Of a DNA stretch of 64,000 nt, positions 44,164 to 52,043 are shown in pieces. Under the pieces are notes generated by a model. That model worked only from the letters and a program-made list of their open reading frames with translations, did no database searches and had not been told where the DNA came from. Origin of the DNA: Bacillota bacterium (GTDB lineage: Bacteria; Bacillota; GCA-003054495; Carboxydocellales; JAJZSN01); assembly GCA_021849745.1 (NCBI GenBank), contig JAJZSN010000003.1:891-64890 (forward strand). Direction: 5' to 3'. The position numbers and the translations under genes are program-made. The stretch's first letter is position 1. Each line of letters starts with the position of its first letter.

Positions 44164-44751
44164 GTGCGGATTAGTAAGGTGGAAAGAAAGACAACTGAGA
44201 CGGAGATTAGTCTGAGTTTGAACCTGGATGGTAATAAAGGTGGGAAAATCGTCACTGGGGTTGGGTTTCTTGATCATATGCTGAATTTGTGGGCCAGGCA
44301 CGGGGATTTTGATTTGGAAGTTGCTGCCAAGGGGGATGTGGGGGTTGATGATCACCACACCACTGAGGATGTGGGGATTTGTTTAGGTCTGGCCTTCCGG
44401 GAAGCTCTGGGTACCAAAGAGGGGATTCAGCGGTATGGCAATAGTTTTGTACCGATGGATGAGGCTTTGGTTCAGGCGGTGGTGGATATCAGCGGGCGGG
44501 CGTATCTGGCTTTGGACGGGGAGATTCCCCGGAGCAAGGTGGGAACCTTTGATACCGAGCTGGTTGAAGAATTCTTACGAGCTTTTGCTCATAATGCCGG
44601 TGTTAACCTGCATATTAGAATATTGGCAGGCCGAAACACCCACCATATCATTGAGGCGGTATTTAAAGCTCTGGGCAGGGCTTTGAGGGAAGCTGCCGCA
44701 CTGGATCCAAGGGTTAAGGGCGTACCTTCTACCAAGGGTCTCTTGCAATAG
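44164..44751 (+). CDS. hisB: Imidazoleglycerol-phosphate dehydratase
   Basis: [16 protein letters not shown] start. DDHHTTED and HHIIEA metal motifs. Confidence 0.95.
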   Translation: MRISKVERKTTETEISLSLNLDGNKGGKIVTGVGFLDHMLNLWARHGDFDLEVAAKGDVGVDDHHTTEDVGICLGLAFREALGTKEGIQRYGNSFVPMDEALVQAVVDISGRAYLALDGEIPRSKVGTFDTELVEEFLRAFAHNAGVNLHIRILAGRNTHHIIEAVFKALGRALREAAALDPRVKGVPSTKGLLQ

Positions 44752-44763
44752 GGGGGTTAGAGA

Positions 44764-45378
44764 TTGATTGCCATAATTGATTATGGGATGGGTAACCTGC
44801 GCAGTGTGCAAAAAGGTTTTGAGAAGGTGGGTTATGAGGCTAAAATCGTCCAGGATCGCGGTGAGGTGCTGGCGGCCCGGGGTGTAATTTTACCGGGGGT
44901 AGGGGCTTTTAAGGATGCTATGGATAACCTGCGGGATGCTGATCTTATTGATCCTATCCAACAGGTGGTGGCCAAGGGGACACCTTTTCTGGGTATTTGC
45001 CTGGGGATGCATTTACTTTTTGAAACCGGTGAGGAATGGGGAATTCATGAGGGTTTAGGTCTTCTGAAGGGTACGGTGCGTAAACTGCCTGGCGGGGTCA
45101 AAGTGCCTCATATGGGTTGGAATCAGATTGAAGTGGTTCATGAAAGCCCCATTATTCAGGGGATACCCCACGGAGCGGATTTTTATTTTGTCCATTCCTA
45201 TTACGTTGATCCCGCAGATGAAAAAGTAATCACTACCCAGACTGATTATGGGATTAAGTTTACTTCCATTGTATCCCAGGGCAATGTTTTTGGTATCCAG
45301 TTTCATCCTGAGAAAAGCAGCGCCTTAGGGCTGCAGATATTAAAGAATTTTGGGGAGTTGATTGAGAAATGTTGTTGA
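44764..45378 (+). CDS. hisH: Imidazole glycerol phosphate synthase, glutaminase subunit
   Basis: IAIIDYGMGNLRSV start, the GICLGMH nucleophile, and FHPEKS. Confidence 0.95.
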   Translation: MIAIIDYGMGNLRSVQKGFEKVGYEAKIVQDRGEVLAARGVILPGVGAFKDAMDNLRDADLIDPIQQVVAKGTPFLGICLGMHLLFETGEEWGIHEGLGLLKGTVRKLPGGVKVPHMGWNQIEVVHESPIIQGIPHGADFYFVHSYYVDPADEKVITTQTDYGIKFTSIVSQGNVFGIQFHPEKSSALGLQILKNFGELIEKCC

Positions 45379-46085
45379 TTCCGGCCATCGATTTACGGGG
45401 TGGGAAATGTGTGCGGTTGGTTGAAGGCAAGGTTGAGAATGAAACCATTTATTCCCATGAACCCGTGGAACAGGCTCTCAAATGGCAGGACAAGGGGGCC
45501 CGGATGCTGCACCTGGTGGATTTGGACGGGGCATTTGCCGGTCGGCCCAAGAACCTGGATGTAATTAAGGAGATTGTTCGGGCAGTGGATATCCCGGTTC
45601 AACTAGGCGGCGGAATACGAACCCTTGAGACTATCGAAATGCTCCTGGAGATGGGGATAAACCGGGTTATCCTGGGCAGTATCGCCATCTATAAGCCGGA
45701 TTTGGTAAAAGAGGCCTGCAGCCGGTATGCTGACCGGGTAGTGGTAGGCATTGACGCCAAGGACGGCCTGGTGGCCATCGAGGGTTGGGAATCAACTGTT
45801 GATAAAACTACTGTGGATCTGGCTCTAGAGATGAAAGAAGCCGGCGTTAAACGGATTATTTTTACCGACACCAGGCGGGACGGCACTTTAAAGGGTCCCA
45901 ACGTGGAGTCAACCAAAGAACTGGCCGAGAAAACCGGCCTTAAAGTAGTGGCCTCCGGCGGGGTATCCTCTCTGGACGACATCAAGGCTCTCAAGGAAAT
46001 CGAACCCCTAGGCGTAGACAGCGTCATCCTGGGCAAAGCCCTCTACACCGGAGCAGTGGATCTGGAGGAGGCGCTTAGGATTTAG
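45369..46085 (+). CDS. hisA: ProFAR isomerase
   Basis: LIPAIDLRGGKCVRL start and the later (beta/alpha)8 motif ...IASGGVSSLDDI.... There is a 10-nt overlap with hisH. Confidence 0.95.
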   Translation: MLLIPAIDLRGGKCVRLVEGKVENETIYSHEPVEQALKWQDKGARMLHLVDLDGAFAGRPKNLDVIKEIVRAVDIPVQLGGGIRTLETIEMLLEMGINRVILGSIAIYKPDLVKEACSRYADRVVVGIDAKDGLVAIEGWESTVDKTTVDLALEMKEAGVKRIIFTDTRRDGTLKGPNVESTKELAEKTGLKVVASGGVSSLDDIKALKEIEPLGVDSVILGKALYTGAVDLEEALRI

Positions 46086-46204
46086 CTGTCAGCTATCAGC
46101 TATCAGCTGTCAGCCGATGGGGTATGCTTATCCCGTCAAATAAACTCCAGACATGTATTATAGCTATAAGCTACTGGCTATTAGCTAGAAAGCCAGCTAT
46201 AAGG
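46084..46204. repeat. Two heptamer arrays after hisA: AGCTGTC type (46084-46114) and AGCTATA/AGCTACT type (46161-46204)
   Basis: The first array begins inside the hisA TAG stop codon. The second contains the hairpin CTGGCT...AGCCAG. Confidence 0.85.
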
Positions 46205-46515
46205 TTTTCTCTTGCATGCATAGGTTGGGGTGTTTTGTGGAGCAACTTTTCATAAACGTGCGAGAGACAGCCCGTCGGATGCCGAGACATTACCCTAAAA
46301 GGGCGTATAGGTGCAGTCACCTCTCATTGAAGACGGCGGGGAACAAACCGGGTAGCTCTCGTGAAGCCTGAAAAGTTGAGCTAGTGAGGCTTCGAAGAAC
46401 AAAGTGATGAGGTAGCCTCACTTGTGCCGCGATACTTAAGGTGCATACTTGTAGGCGAACAAAATACCCCAACCGCCCGTACCAAAACCCCAAAGTAAAC
46501 AAGGAGCGAAAGCTT

Positions 46516-47277
46516 ATGCTAACCAAACGCATTATCCCCTGCCTGGACGTCACCGGCGGCCGGGTGGTTAAAGGGACTAATTTTGTTAATTTAAGAGATG
46601 CCGGGGATCCGGTGGAACTGGCGGCGGTTTATGATGCCGCCGGGGCCGACGAACTGGTTTTTCTGGACATTACCGCTTCTTCCGACGGGCGGGCCACCAT
46701 GTTAGATGTGGTCCGACGTACTGCCGAGGAAGTGTTTATCCCCTTTACCGTGGGCGGGGGTATCCGGACCATTGAGGATATCCGCCAGATGCTGAAGGCG
46801 GGGGCGGATAAGGTTTCCCTTAATACTTCGGCTGTACAGAACCCGGAGGTAATCGGTCAAGGGGCGTCCAAGTTCGGTTCCCAGTGTATTGTGGTGGCCA
46901 TTGATGCCCGGTCAACCGGAACGCCCGGCAAGTGGGAGGTCTATATCCACGGAGGGCGGACTCCTACCGGTATAGACGTTCTGGAGTGGGCCAGGAAGGT
47001 AGAGGAACTGGGAGCAGGGGAAATCCTGCTGACCAGCATGGACAGGGACGGCACCAAGGACGGCTACGACCTACCCTTAACCAAAGCGGTAGCGGAAGCG
47101 GTGAACATCCCGGTTATTGCCTCCGGGGGTGTGGGCAACTTAGAGCATATTGCCCAGGGATTAACCGAAGGTAAGGCCGATGCTGCTTTGGCCGCTTCGA
47201 TTTTCCATTTTGGCGAATACACCATCCGGGAGACTAAGGATTACCTGGCATCCCGGAATGTGAAGGTCAGGATGTAA
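46516..47277 (+). CDS. hisF: Imidazole glycerol phosphate synthase, cyclase subunit
   Basis: [12 protein letters not shown] start. AAGGAG lies 9 nt before ATG 46516. The 25 upstream ORF-track codons are not HisF-like. Confidence 0.97.
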   Translation: MLTKRIIPCLDVTGGRVVKGTNFVNLRDAGDPVELAAVYDAAGADELVFLDITASSDGRATMLDVVRRTAEEVFIPFTVGGGIRTIEDIRQMLKAGADKVSLNTSAVQNPEVIGQGASKFGSQCIVVAIDARSTGTPGKWEVYIHGGRTPTGIDVLEWARKVEELGAGEILLTSMDRDGTKDGYDLPLTKAVAEAVNIPVIASGGVGNLEHIAQGLTEGKADAALAASIFHFGEYTIRETKDYLASRNVKVRM

Positions 47278-47296
47278 GGTTGGGTAATATTTGCGG

Positions 47297-47379
47297 TCAG
47301 GGGTTAGGTTTTAGGGGTAAGGGTGGGGTATTCTTGGATGAAGGGTTCATAGTTCGTAGTTTATAGTTCGTAGATTAGG
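47297..47379. repeat. TTAGGGG-type then GTTCGTA-type heptamer tract; paralogue of 5255-5352
   Basis: CGGTCAGGGGTTAGGTTTTAGGGGTAAGGGTGGGGTATTCTTGGATGAAGGGTTCATAGTTCGTAGTTTATAGTTCGTAG aligns with 5252-5345 apart from one heptamer indel and scattered substitutions. Confidence 0.85.
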
Positions 47380-47584
47380 GAATTCACGAAAGACTTACCC
47401 GACTAATGGTTGGCATGCATAGCAGAACCGACCTTTTTGCACTGCACACCAGCACAAGGAAGGCTAAGGCTTGCTATCACCAGCCTAAGCCTTCCTAGCC
47501 CGAAGTGAGCTTAGTAGCACTGTGCCCGGAGCATGGGAGTGCGTTCAATTATCAACACCCCGCCCCAGTCAAAGATTCGTACAA

Positions 47585-47619
47585 AGCTAACGACTGACGA
47601 CTAACAGAATAAGAATACG
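47585..47619. repeat. AGCTAAC/GACTGAC heptamers running into the hisI SD
   Basis: AGCTAAC GACTGAC GACTAAC AGAATAA GAATACG, followed by AGGGAGA and ATG 47631. Confidence 0.7.
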
Positions 47620-47630
47620 AGGGAGACAAG

Positions 47631-48257
47631 ATGGAATTTCTAAATACCTTAAAATTTAACGCCCATGGGCTGATTCCGGCTATCGTTCAGGATTATGCCA
47701 ATAACGAAGTTCTGATGATGGCTTATATGAATCGGGAGGCTGTGGAAAAGACGCTGGAGACGGGGAAAACCTGGTTTTGGAGCCGAAGCAGGCAGAAGTT
47801 GTGGAATAAAGGGGAGACTTCCGGTCATTGGCAATTGGTTAAGTCCATGGCCTATGATTGTGATGCCGATGCACTGCTAATTAAGGTGGAGCAGTTGGGG
47901 GTTGCTTGTCATACCGGCAACCGGACGTGTTTTCACAATCATATTGAAACTGTCCAGGGTGAGAAAACCGTTCCTGTAGACAGCACTATACTTGATACTG
48001 TTTATCAGGTTATTTTAAGCCGGAAAGCAGAACGGCCGGAAGGTAGTTATACCACTTATCTTTTTGATAAGGGCATTGATAAGATTCTTAAAAAAGTAGG
48101 CGAAGAAGCTGCCGAGGTAATTATTGCTTCCAAGGGTGCTAATAGGGATGAGGTTGTTTATGAAGCTGCCGATTTATTTTTCCATACTTTAGTTATGTTG
48201 GGCTTCCACGATATTACCCCGGAGGAAGTATACAGGGAATTGGCTAAACGCAGGTAA
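47631..48257 (+). CDS. hisI: Bifunctional phosphoribosyl-AMP cyclohydrolase / phosphoribosyl-ATP pyrophosphatase
   Basis: The HisI part reads ...[17 protein letters not shown]...CHTG. The HisE part reads ...YTTYLF...[10 protein letters not shown].... Confidence 0.95.
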   Translation: MEFLNTLKFNAHGLIPAIVQDYANNEVLMMAYMNREAVEKTLETGKTWFWSRSRQKLWNKGETSGHWQLVKSMAYDCDADALLIKVEQLGVACHTGNRTCFHNHIETVQGEKTVPVDSTILDTVYQVILSRKAERPEGSYTTYLFDKGIDKILKKVGEEAAEVIIASKGANRDEVVYEAADLFFHTLVMLGFHDITPEEVYRELAKRR

Positions 48258-48289
48258 AATAGAGGCAATACTCTAGGAATAATAGAGTG

Positions 48290-48318
48290 TTGACACTTAT
48301 GGGGGCCTAAGGTAAAAT
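48290..48318 (+). promoter_or_regulatory. Sigma-A-type promoter for the HD-GYP gene
   Basis: TTGACA (48290-48295), a 17-nt spacer, then TAAAAT (48313-48318). Confidence 0.5.
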
Positions 48319-48378
48319 TTAATTAGTATAATCGAAAGTAATAATGTTCCCGAACTATATTACATAATGGAGGTACTC

Positions 48379-49476
48379 ATGGATTTCTTTGGATCCGGTA
48401 AAGAGTTAATCTTTCTTAACGAGGTCATACGGGAACTAAGCTCAAGCTATCATTTTGATGATAATATTAATGCTCTTTTAATTAATGCGGCTACGGCTAC
48501 CATCAGTGAAGCCGGTTGTCTACTTACTGTAAATAATAACTATAAAAAGGGACGAATCACCGTTTTTGAAGTCTCGGCAACTTATGGAGGGATTAATCAT
48601 CGATGTCTGGACTTCTTAGCAAAAGAGAGTTTCTTTATTCAAAGTTTTCTTGAGAATCCTGTGAGTAGAATAGTGGACGGTGTTGAAAAACACTTTCTGC
48701 CTCTTAAATTAATGGATCCCTTATTACGTTCTATGTTAGTTGTTCCTATTGTTTTGGACAAGCGAGTTTTGGGCCTATTGATTTTGCTTCACCGACATCA
48801 AGGAAGGGAAGAACATTTACCCCAGTTTACGGAAAGGGATAGCCAATTGATGGGTATTTTGGCCCATCAGGCAGCCCTAATGATAGAGAACAACTATTTG
48901 AAGATGGAAAACCAGCGCCGCAGTTTATATCTCAAAACCATCACTGCTTTAAGTCAAGCTATAGAAGCCAAGGACATTTACACCAGAGGTCATTCGGAGC
49001 GAGTAGCAGCCCTGGCCACAGGGTTGGGTGCAGAGTTAAAATTATCTCCGGACGAAATAGCCAACATAAATTATGGGGCTTTGCTCCATGATGTAGGTAA
49101 AATTGGTATCAGTGAAGCTATTCTTAATAAAGAGGGTCGTTTGGATCCGGAAGAATACGAAATTATGAAAAAGCACCCTGAAATTGGCGCCAATATTTTG
49201 AGTGAAGTGGATTTTCTTGAGGATGCCCTGGATGTGGTGACACACCATCATGAGCGTATTGACGGGTCAGGCTACCCAAAGGCTCTGGTTCAAAAGGAGA
49301 TTCCCTTGGCGGCCAGGATTGTGGGGATTGCCGATGCTTGGGATGCTATGACTTCAGACCGGGCTTACCGGCAGGCTATGCCGGAAAATATGGCAGTAAA
49401 TCAGCTGCGCAGAGGGGCGGGTACTCAGTTTGATGCCTACCTTGTGGAAAGATTTCTTTGGATGGTACTTAGCTAG
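48379..49476 (+). CDS. GAF-domain / HD-GYP-domain protein (c-di-GMP phosphodiesterase type)
   Basis: HSERVA...LHDVGK...HHERIDGSGYP. GGAGG lies 7 nt before ATG 48379. Confidence 0.9.
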   Translation: MDFFGSGKELIFLNEVIRELSSSYHFDDNINALLINAATATISEAGCLLTVNNNYKKGRITVFEVSATYGGINHRCLDFLAKESFFIQSFLENPVSRIVDGVEKHFLPLKLMDPLLRSMLVVPIVLDKRVLGLLILLHRHQGREEHLPQFTERDSQLMGILAHQAALMIENNYLKMENQRRSLYLKTITALSQAIEAKDIYTRGHSERVAALATGLGAELKLSPDEIANINYGALLHDVGKIGISEAILNKEGRLDPEEYEIMKKHPEIGANILSEVDFLEDALDVVTHHHERIDGSGYPKALVQKEIPLAARIVGIADAWDAMTSDRAYRQAMPENMAVNQLRRGAGTQFDAYLVERFLWMVLS

Positions 49477-49478
49477 AA

Positions 49479-49630
49479 GTTAGAGGTTGGAGGTTCGAGG
49501 TTAGAAGGGTTTGGCTGGCAATGATTATTCTTTGAGATAGAATATATATAACTACGATATGCAATTCAGATGTACCCCTTGGGGGTTTTTTTATTAATCT
49601 AACCCCAAACTTCCAACCTCTAACCTCTAA
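49479..49630. repeat. Inverted heptamer arms of GTTNGAG type around a loop that contains a terminator-like hairpin
   Basis: The left arm GTTAGAG GTTGGAG GTTCGAG GTTAGAA GGGTTTG spans 49479-49513. The right arm CTAACCC CAAACTT CCAACCT CTAACCT CTAA spans 49599-49630. Positions 49479-49495 pair with 49608-49624 (17 bp, one G-U). Confidence 0.9.
49574..49592 (+). terminator. Short GC hairpin plus T7 inside the loop of the 49479-49630 element
   Basis: ACCCC-TTG-GGGGT followed by TTTTTTT. The stem is only 5 bp. Confidence 0.4.
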
Positions 49631-49647
49631 AAGGGAGGATTTTTTTA

Positions 49648-51831
49648 ATGTTAGGATTAGACAAGCTTAATTCGGCCCAGCAAGAGGCGGTTAGATGTAT
49701 AGACGGACCCCTTTTGGTTCTGGCTGGGGCGGGTAGTGGTAAGACCAGGGTATTGACCCATAGAATTGCTTATCTCTTGCACCAGGGGGTAGATCCCAGG
49801 AACATTATGGCCATTACCTTTACCAATAAGGCTGCCGGGGAGATGAAGGAGCGGGTGGAAAACCTCCTGGGTAGGGACAGCCGGGATATCTGGGTAATGA
49901 CTTTCCATTCAGCGTGTGTGCGAATTTTGCGTCAGGATATCGGTCATCTTGGTTATGACCGGAATTTTGTGATTTATGATAGCAGTGATGCCCAGACGGT
50001 GGTTAAAGAGTGTTTGAAGCAGTTAAATATGGATGATAAGCAGTACCCGCCACGGGCGGTGGCTGCCGCCATCAGTGATGCCAAGAACAAGCTGTTGAAT
50101 CCCGGGCAATACCGGAAGCAGGCTTATGATTTTTATACTCAGCGGGCTGCCGAAGTTTATCAACTTTACCAGAGTAAGCTGAAGCAGAATAACGCCTTGG
50201 ATTTTGATGATTTGATTATGTTGACGGTGCGGTTATTTAAAGAGCAGCCGCAGACTTTAGGCTACTACCAGCAGCGGTTTAAATATATTCTGGTGGACGA
50301 GTACCAGGATACCAATCATGCCCAGTATACCCTGGTCAATTTGTTGGCGGGCCGTCACCGCAATCTTTGTGTGGTGGGGGATGCCGACCAGAGTATCTAT
50401 AAGTTCCGGGGGGCGGATATTCAGAATATCCTGGATTTTGAAAAGGACTACCCCGAGGCCAGGGTTATCATGCTGGAGCAGAATTACCGTTCTACCCAGC
50501 GGATTCTGGATGCAGCCAATAGTGTTATCAAGCTTAATATGGGCCGCAAGGATAAAAAATTATGGACTGAAAACGGAGAGGGTATTCCCGTGGTGCGGTT
50601 CAGGGCCAATGACCAGCGGGAAGAAATAGCTTTTGTCGCCGACCGGATTAAGAAACTGATGGAGCGGGAGAAGAAAGGGTATAAGGATTTTGCGGTGCTT
50701 TACCGGACCAATGCCATGTCCCGGGCGGTTGAGGAAGTCTTCATGATGGCCCGGATTCCTTACACCATAGTCGGGGGCCTGAAGTTCTATGAGCGTAAGG
50801 AAATTAAAGATATTCTTGCTTACCTGCGGTTTATCCTTAATCCTGCCGACAGTGTTTCTTTACGGAGGATTATTAATGTCCCCAAGCGGGGTATCGGGGA
50901 TACTTCCTTTGGTAAAATTGTTGACTTTGCCATAGATAAAGGGATTACCGTCTATGAGGCTATGGGGCAGGTGGAGACCATTCCCGGTCTGACGGCCAGA
51001 ACCACCAAGCCGGTGAAAGAGTTTACGGCCTTGGCGGAAAAGCTGCAGGAGGCCAGGGAACAGTTGATTGTTACCCAACTTATTGACATGGTGCTAAGGC
51101 AGTCGGGTTATCAAGCTGAATTGGAGCAGGAAAAAACGGTGGAAGCTCAGACCCGGCTGGAGAACTTAAAGGAATTCCGTACCGTAACCAAGGAATTTGA
51201 TGAGACCGCCGAGGAGAAGACCCTTGAGGAGTTTCTGGCGGGGATTTCCCTTAAATCGGACTTAGATAACCTGGAGGAAGGGGATGATGCAGTGGTCCTC
51301 ATGACCCTGCACAGCGCCAAGGGGTTGGAGTTTCCGGTGGTGTTCATGGTGGGCATGGAGGAGATGATTTTCCCCCATTCCAGGTCTATGATGGACGAGG
51401 CTGAATTGGAGGAGGAGCGGCGTCTGTGCTATGTGGGCATTACCCGGGCCAGGGAGCGGTTGTACATGACCCACGCCTGGCAGCGGACCCTTTACGGTAA
51501 TGCCCAATATAACCCGGCTTCCCGGTTCCTGGAGGAGATTCCGGAGGATTTGATAACTACCCATGACCCCTTGGACGGGGCGGCTGAGCCGGCGGTTAAA
51601 AAGGGTGTATTTCCTGCCGGAGGTTCTGTCCAACCGAAGGCGGCCGGGGTTAAAGAGCCTGCTGCAACGGGGCAATATGCCTTGGGGGACAAGGTGGAGC
51701 ACGCTAAGTTCGGTCAGGGGGTAATTGTCAGTGTGAAGGGTTCGGGCGATGATGCCGAACTTAGTATAGCTTTCCCCGGCGCCGGGGTGAAGATGTTTAT
51801 TGCTAAGTATGCACCGCTGAGGAAGGCATAG
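49648..51831 (+). CDS. pcrA: ATP-dependent DNA helicase PcrA (UvrD/Rep family)
   Basis: GAGSGKT, DEYQDTN, VGDADQSIY and TLHSAKGLEF motifs. 727 aa. Confidence 0.97.
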   Translation: MLGLDKLNSAQQEAVRCIDGPLLVLAGAGSGKTRVLTHRIAYLLHQGVDPRNIMAITFTNKAAGEMKERVENLLGRDSRDIWVMTFHSACVRILRQDIGHLGYDRNFVIYDSSDAQTVVKECLKQLNMDDKQYPPRAVAAAISDAKNKLLNPGQYRKQAYDFYTQRAAEVYQLYQSKLKQNNALDFDDLIMLTVRLFKEQPQTLGYYQQRFKYILVDEYQDTNHAQYTLVNLLAGRHRNLCVVGDADQSIYKFRGADIQNILDFEKDYPEARVIMLEQNYRSTQRILDAANSVIKLNMGRKDKKLWTENGEGIPVVRFRANDQREEIAFVADRIKKLMEREKKGYKDFAVLYRTNAMSRAVEEVFMMARIPYTIVGGLKFYERKEIKDILAYLRFILNPADSVSLRRIINVPKRGIGDTSFGKIVDFAIDKGITVYEAMGQVETIPGLTARTTKPVKEFTALAEKLQEAREQLIVTQLIDMVLRQSGYQAELEQEKTVEAQTRLENLKEFRTVTKEFDETAEEKTLEEFLAGISLKSDLDNLEEGDDAVVLMTLHSAKGLEFPVVFMVGMEEMIFPHSRSMMDEAELEEERRLCYVGITRARERLYMTHAWQRTLYGNAQYNPASRFLEEIPEDLITTHDPLDGAAEPAVKKGVFPAGGSVQPKAAGVKEPAATGQYALGDKVEHAKFGQGVIVSVKGSGDDAELSIAFPGAGVKMFIAKYAPLRKA

Positions 51832-51832
51832 C

Positions 51833-52024
51833 AGCTGTCAGCTATCAGCTATCAGCTGTCAGCAGGCGGGCTGAACTTTTTGGTCGTTTTGCGGAGGGAT
51901 TATTTCTGGAACTACAAAGTGAGTATACGGAATTTTATTCTAAATTTAACGTAATCTTTTAAAATTTTTAAGCTAACAGCTGACAGCTGACAGCTGATAG
52001 CTAAAAAAACAGCTGATAGCTACT
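51833..52024. repeat. Inverted heptamer-arm element, sibling of 24588-24763
   Basis: The left arm AGCTGTC AGCTATC AGCTATC AGCTGTC AGC spans 51833-51863. The right arm AGCTAAC (AGCTGAC)2 AGCTGAT AGCT...AGCTGAT AGCTACT spans 51971-52024. Positions 51847-51863 are the exact complement of 51986-52002 (17 bp). Confidence 0.9.
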
Positions 52025-52043
52025 AAAGGGGAGGCTTTAAGAA

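Noticed and set aside
46258-46470. Group II intron 5' end (starts GTGCG) or T-box leader in the hisA-hisF spacer
   Set aside because: There is no domain V/VI-like sequence, no reverse-transcriptase ORF and no AY 3' end. There is also no T-box 14-mer (AGGGTGGNACCGCG) and no specifier-loop architecture. The region is left as unassigned structured RNA.
46441-46515. N-terminal 25 codons of the 278-aa hisF ORF
   Set aside because: The sequence is not HisF-like. AAGGAG precedes ATG 46516, which gives the canonical [12 protein letters not shown].
5193-52024. Could the short repeat arrays be CRISPR arrays?
   Set aside because: The units are 7 nt (9 nt at 14822) and directly tandem with no spacers. 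Arrays are at most 140 nt. No cas genes are in the window.
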